A stretch of 64,000 nucleotides of DNA from Azolla caroliniana (Eukaryota; Plantae; Polypodiophyta), in NCBI GenBank assembly GCA_043228905.1, contig JBHGNT010000065.1, positions 1-64,000 of the forward strand, in the 5' to 3' direction. Of this stretch, positions 62,688-64,000 are shown one piece after another. How positions within the stretch are numbered: the stretch's first letter is position 1; each line of letters starts with the position of its first letter. The notes below the pieces were generated by a model. It was not told the origin of the DNA and searched no databases. It saw only the letters and a program-made list of their open reading frames with translations. A program made the position numbers and the translations under genes.

Positions 62688-63346
62688 CGGGTGTTGAGAC
62701 TTCGCCAGCCCAGCCCAGCCCAGCCCAGCCCAGCCAACATGGGTGCTGCTTTCGCGCTCCTATGCAGCAGCAGAAAGCCATTCTGTTAATGAAAGCGGCG
62801 AGTCATGCCACGATGAACCGCTTCATCGAAAAGCGTTAGTGAAAAGTACAGCGCGCAGCCGGAATATTATTATTATTCGTTACTCATTTCATGACTGAAG
62901 CGCCAGCCAAAAAAACAAAACAAACAAAAAACTAGCACCTTTGAAAACAAAAGTGGTAGGGCCAGGAAGCCACCTGGCAATAGGAAAGTGCACGAATCGA
63001 GATCCGGCCTCTCCTCATTACGAAGAACCGGCAGATTCAGGTAGCTTGCCGGCCAAGTGAAGTGGTAGCTTGCCTAAGGCAGGTTCCTGTTCTTACAAGG
63101 GGTCTTCCGGGCTTCTGACAATGAATTTTCGAGGATTCTAGGGATAACATTGTTGAGCGAACACTGGACGTTGACATTTATAGGAAGGTACTACTTTGGG
63201 CGATCTTCAACAAAGTTGTGCTAATAGGCCTTCAAGCAAGTAGGAACCTGTATGTCGATAAGGTTTGTGCCTTGTTTAGGGATAGGTATCCGCTCTTGAA
63301 AATCACCGGCCCGCCCCTTCCACCCATCATAGTGCCCCCTCGTCCG

Positions 63347-63859
63347 TTACTTTACCTCAGTGCTCTCCTGCCCGCGTAACATTATGAAAGGGTTGAGAAC
63401 AGCAACGGCGACGGTATAGCAAGAGAAAGCTAGAGAGAAAGGGCTATGGGAATGTGAAGGACTCCCTTCGTTGAAAAAGAAAGTGTCGATTGTCTATTCT
63501 TTAGGCACTCGCGGGAGACTAATCTCTCCTAGAGAACACGTGTGGGAAGTATTCGTTTCTAATAATCCCAAAGTCTTTAAGGTTTTGACCATTTTGTGTA
63601 ACCATTAGGATGCTCCGAAAACACTGGAGTACAGGAAGGAAACACTGGTGTCAAAGCATTCTTTGGGAACCACATCCTGTTCTTCCTAGATGGATGATTT
63701 GCCCCGTTTGATGCCGTCGTGTGAAAGTTGTTTTCATGATTTAGGAATTCAACTGATTTTAGGTAATCCATCTTTATGTGGCACGACATGAAAGGTGCTA
63801 TGAAAAACACGTAACCGACCGAATTACGTGAAATGGATAAATCAATCTGGTTAGGGCAT
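63347..63859 (-). CDS. atp8: ATP synthase subunit 8 (end uncertain)
   Basis: MP*.D*F..FT*F..L.VF ... KDGLPKIS*I.K.*KQL ... MLRGQ; 171 codons. Confidence 0.9.
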
Positions 63860-64000
63860 TCTTTAGAACTTACTTCAGGAAGAATCATCCAGGGCTGCGG
63901 TTGCGGTTTCTTCTTTCTTGTATTCATAACTTTTTTCTATTGCTTTTTCGGCGAAAAGGCAAGCAAGTTTTACCTGACTTAACTGAAAAGCCTAGAAGTG

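Noticed and set aside
63577-63927. 116-aa ORF starting at the ATG of the leader-motif variant
   Set aside because: It is an alternative frame overlapping atp8 with no independent support.

Overview
This is plant mitochondrial DNA, most likely from a leptosporangiate fern. The evidence is the intron set (atp1i361g2, rps1i25g2, nad1i258g2, nad5i1242g2), a chlamydial-type trnR(UCG), a matR-less nad1i728g2, and extreme C-to-U plus U-to-C RNA editing. Editing is why the ORF track shows only fragments: most genes begin with ACG and carry many in-frame TAA/TAG/TGA codons at conserved Gln/Arg positions. Genes recognised by hand translation are nad7 (exons 1 and 2 only), rpl6-rps13-rps11, atp1, tatC, sdh3, nad4, rps14 (exon 2 only), sdh4, nad6, nad5, cox3, rps1, rps7, rps12, nad1, atp6, atp4, atp8, the 3' part of rrn26 and 13 tRNA genes. 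Main oddities: (1) nad7 intron 1 is split into two halves 37 kb apart on opposite strands, overlapping by a ~140-bp inverted repeat; (2) orphan 3' halves of an rrn26 group I intron and of rps14i114g2; (3) gene boundaries that exist only after editing (rps12/rps7, rpl6/rps13, rps11); (4) a leader motif AACTGCCATGAATA shared by many genes; (5) an AT-rich, foreign-looking decayed gene with TQT repeats; (6) a tRNA-like element in front of nad7. All coordinates and alignments were derived by eye, reference proteins and literature were recalled from memory, and no database searches were run.
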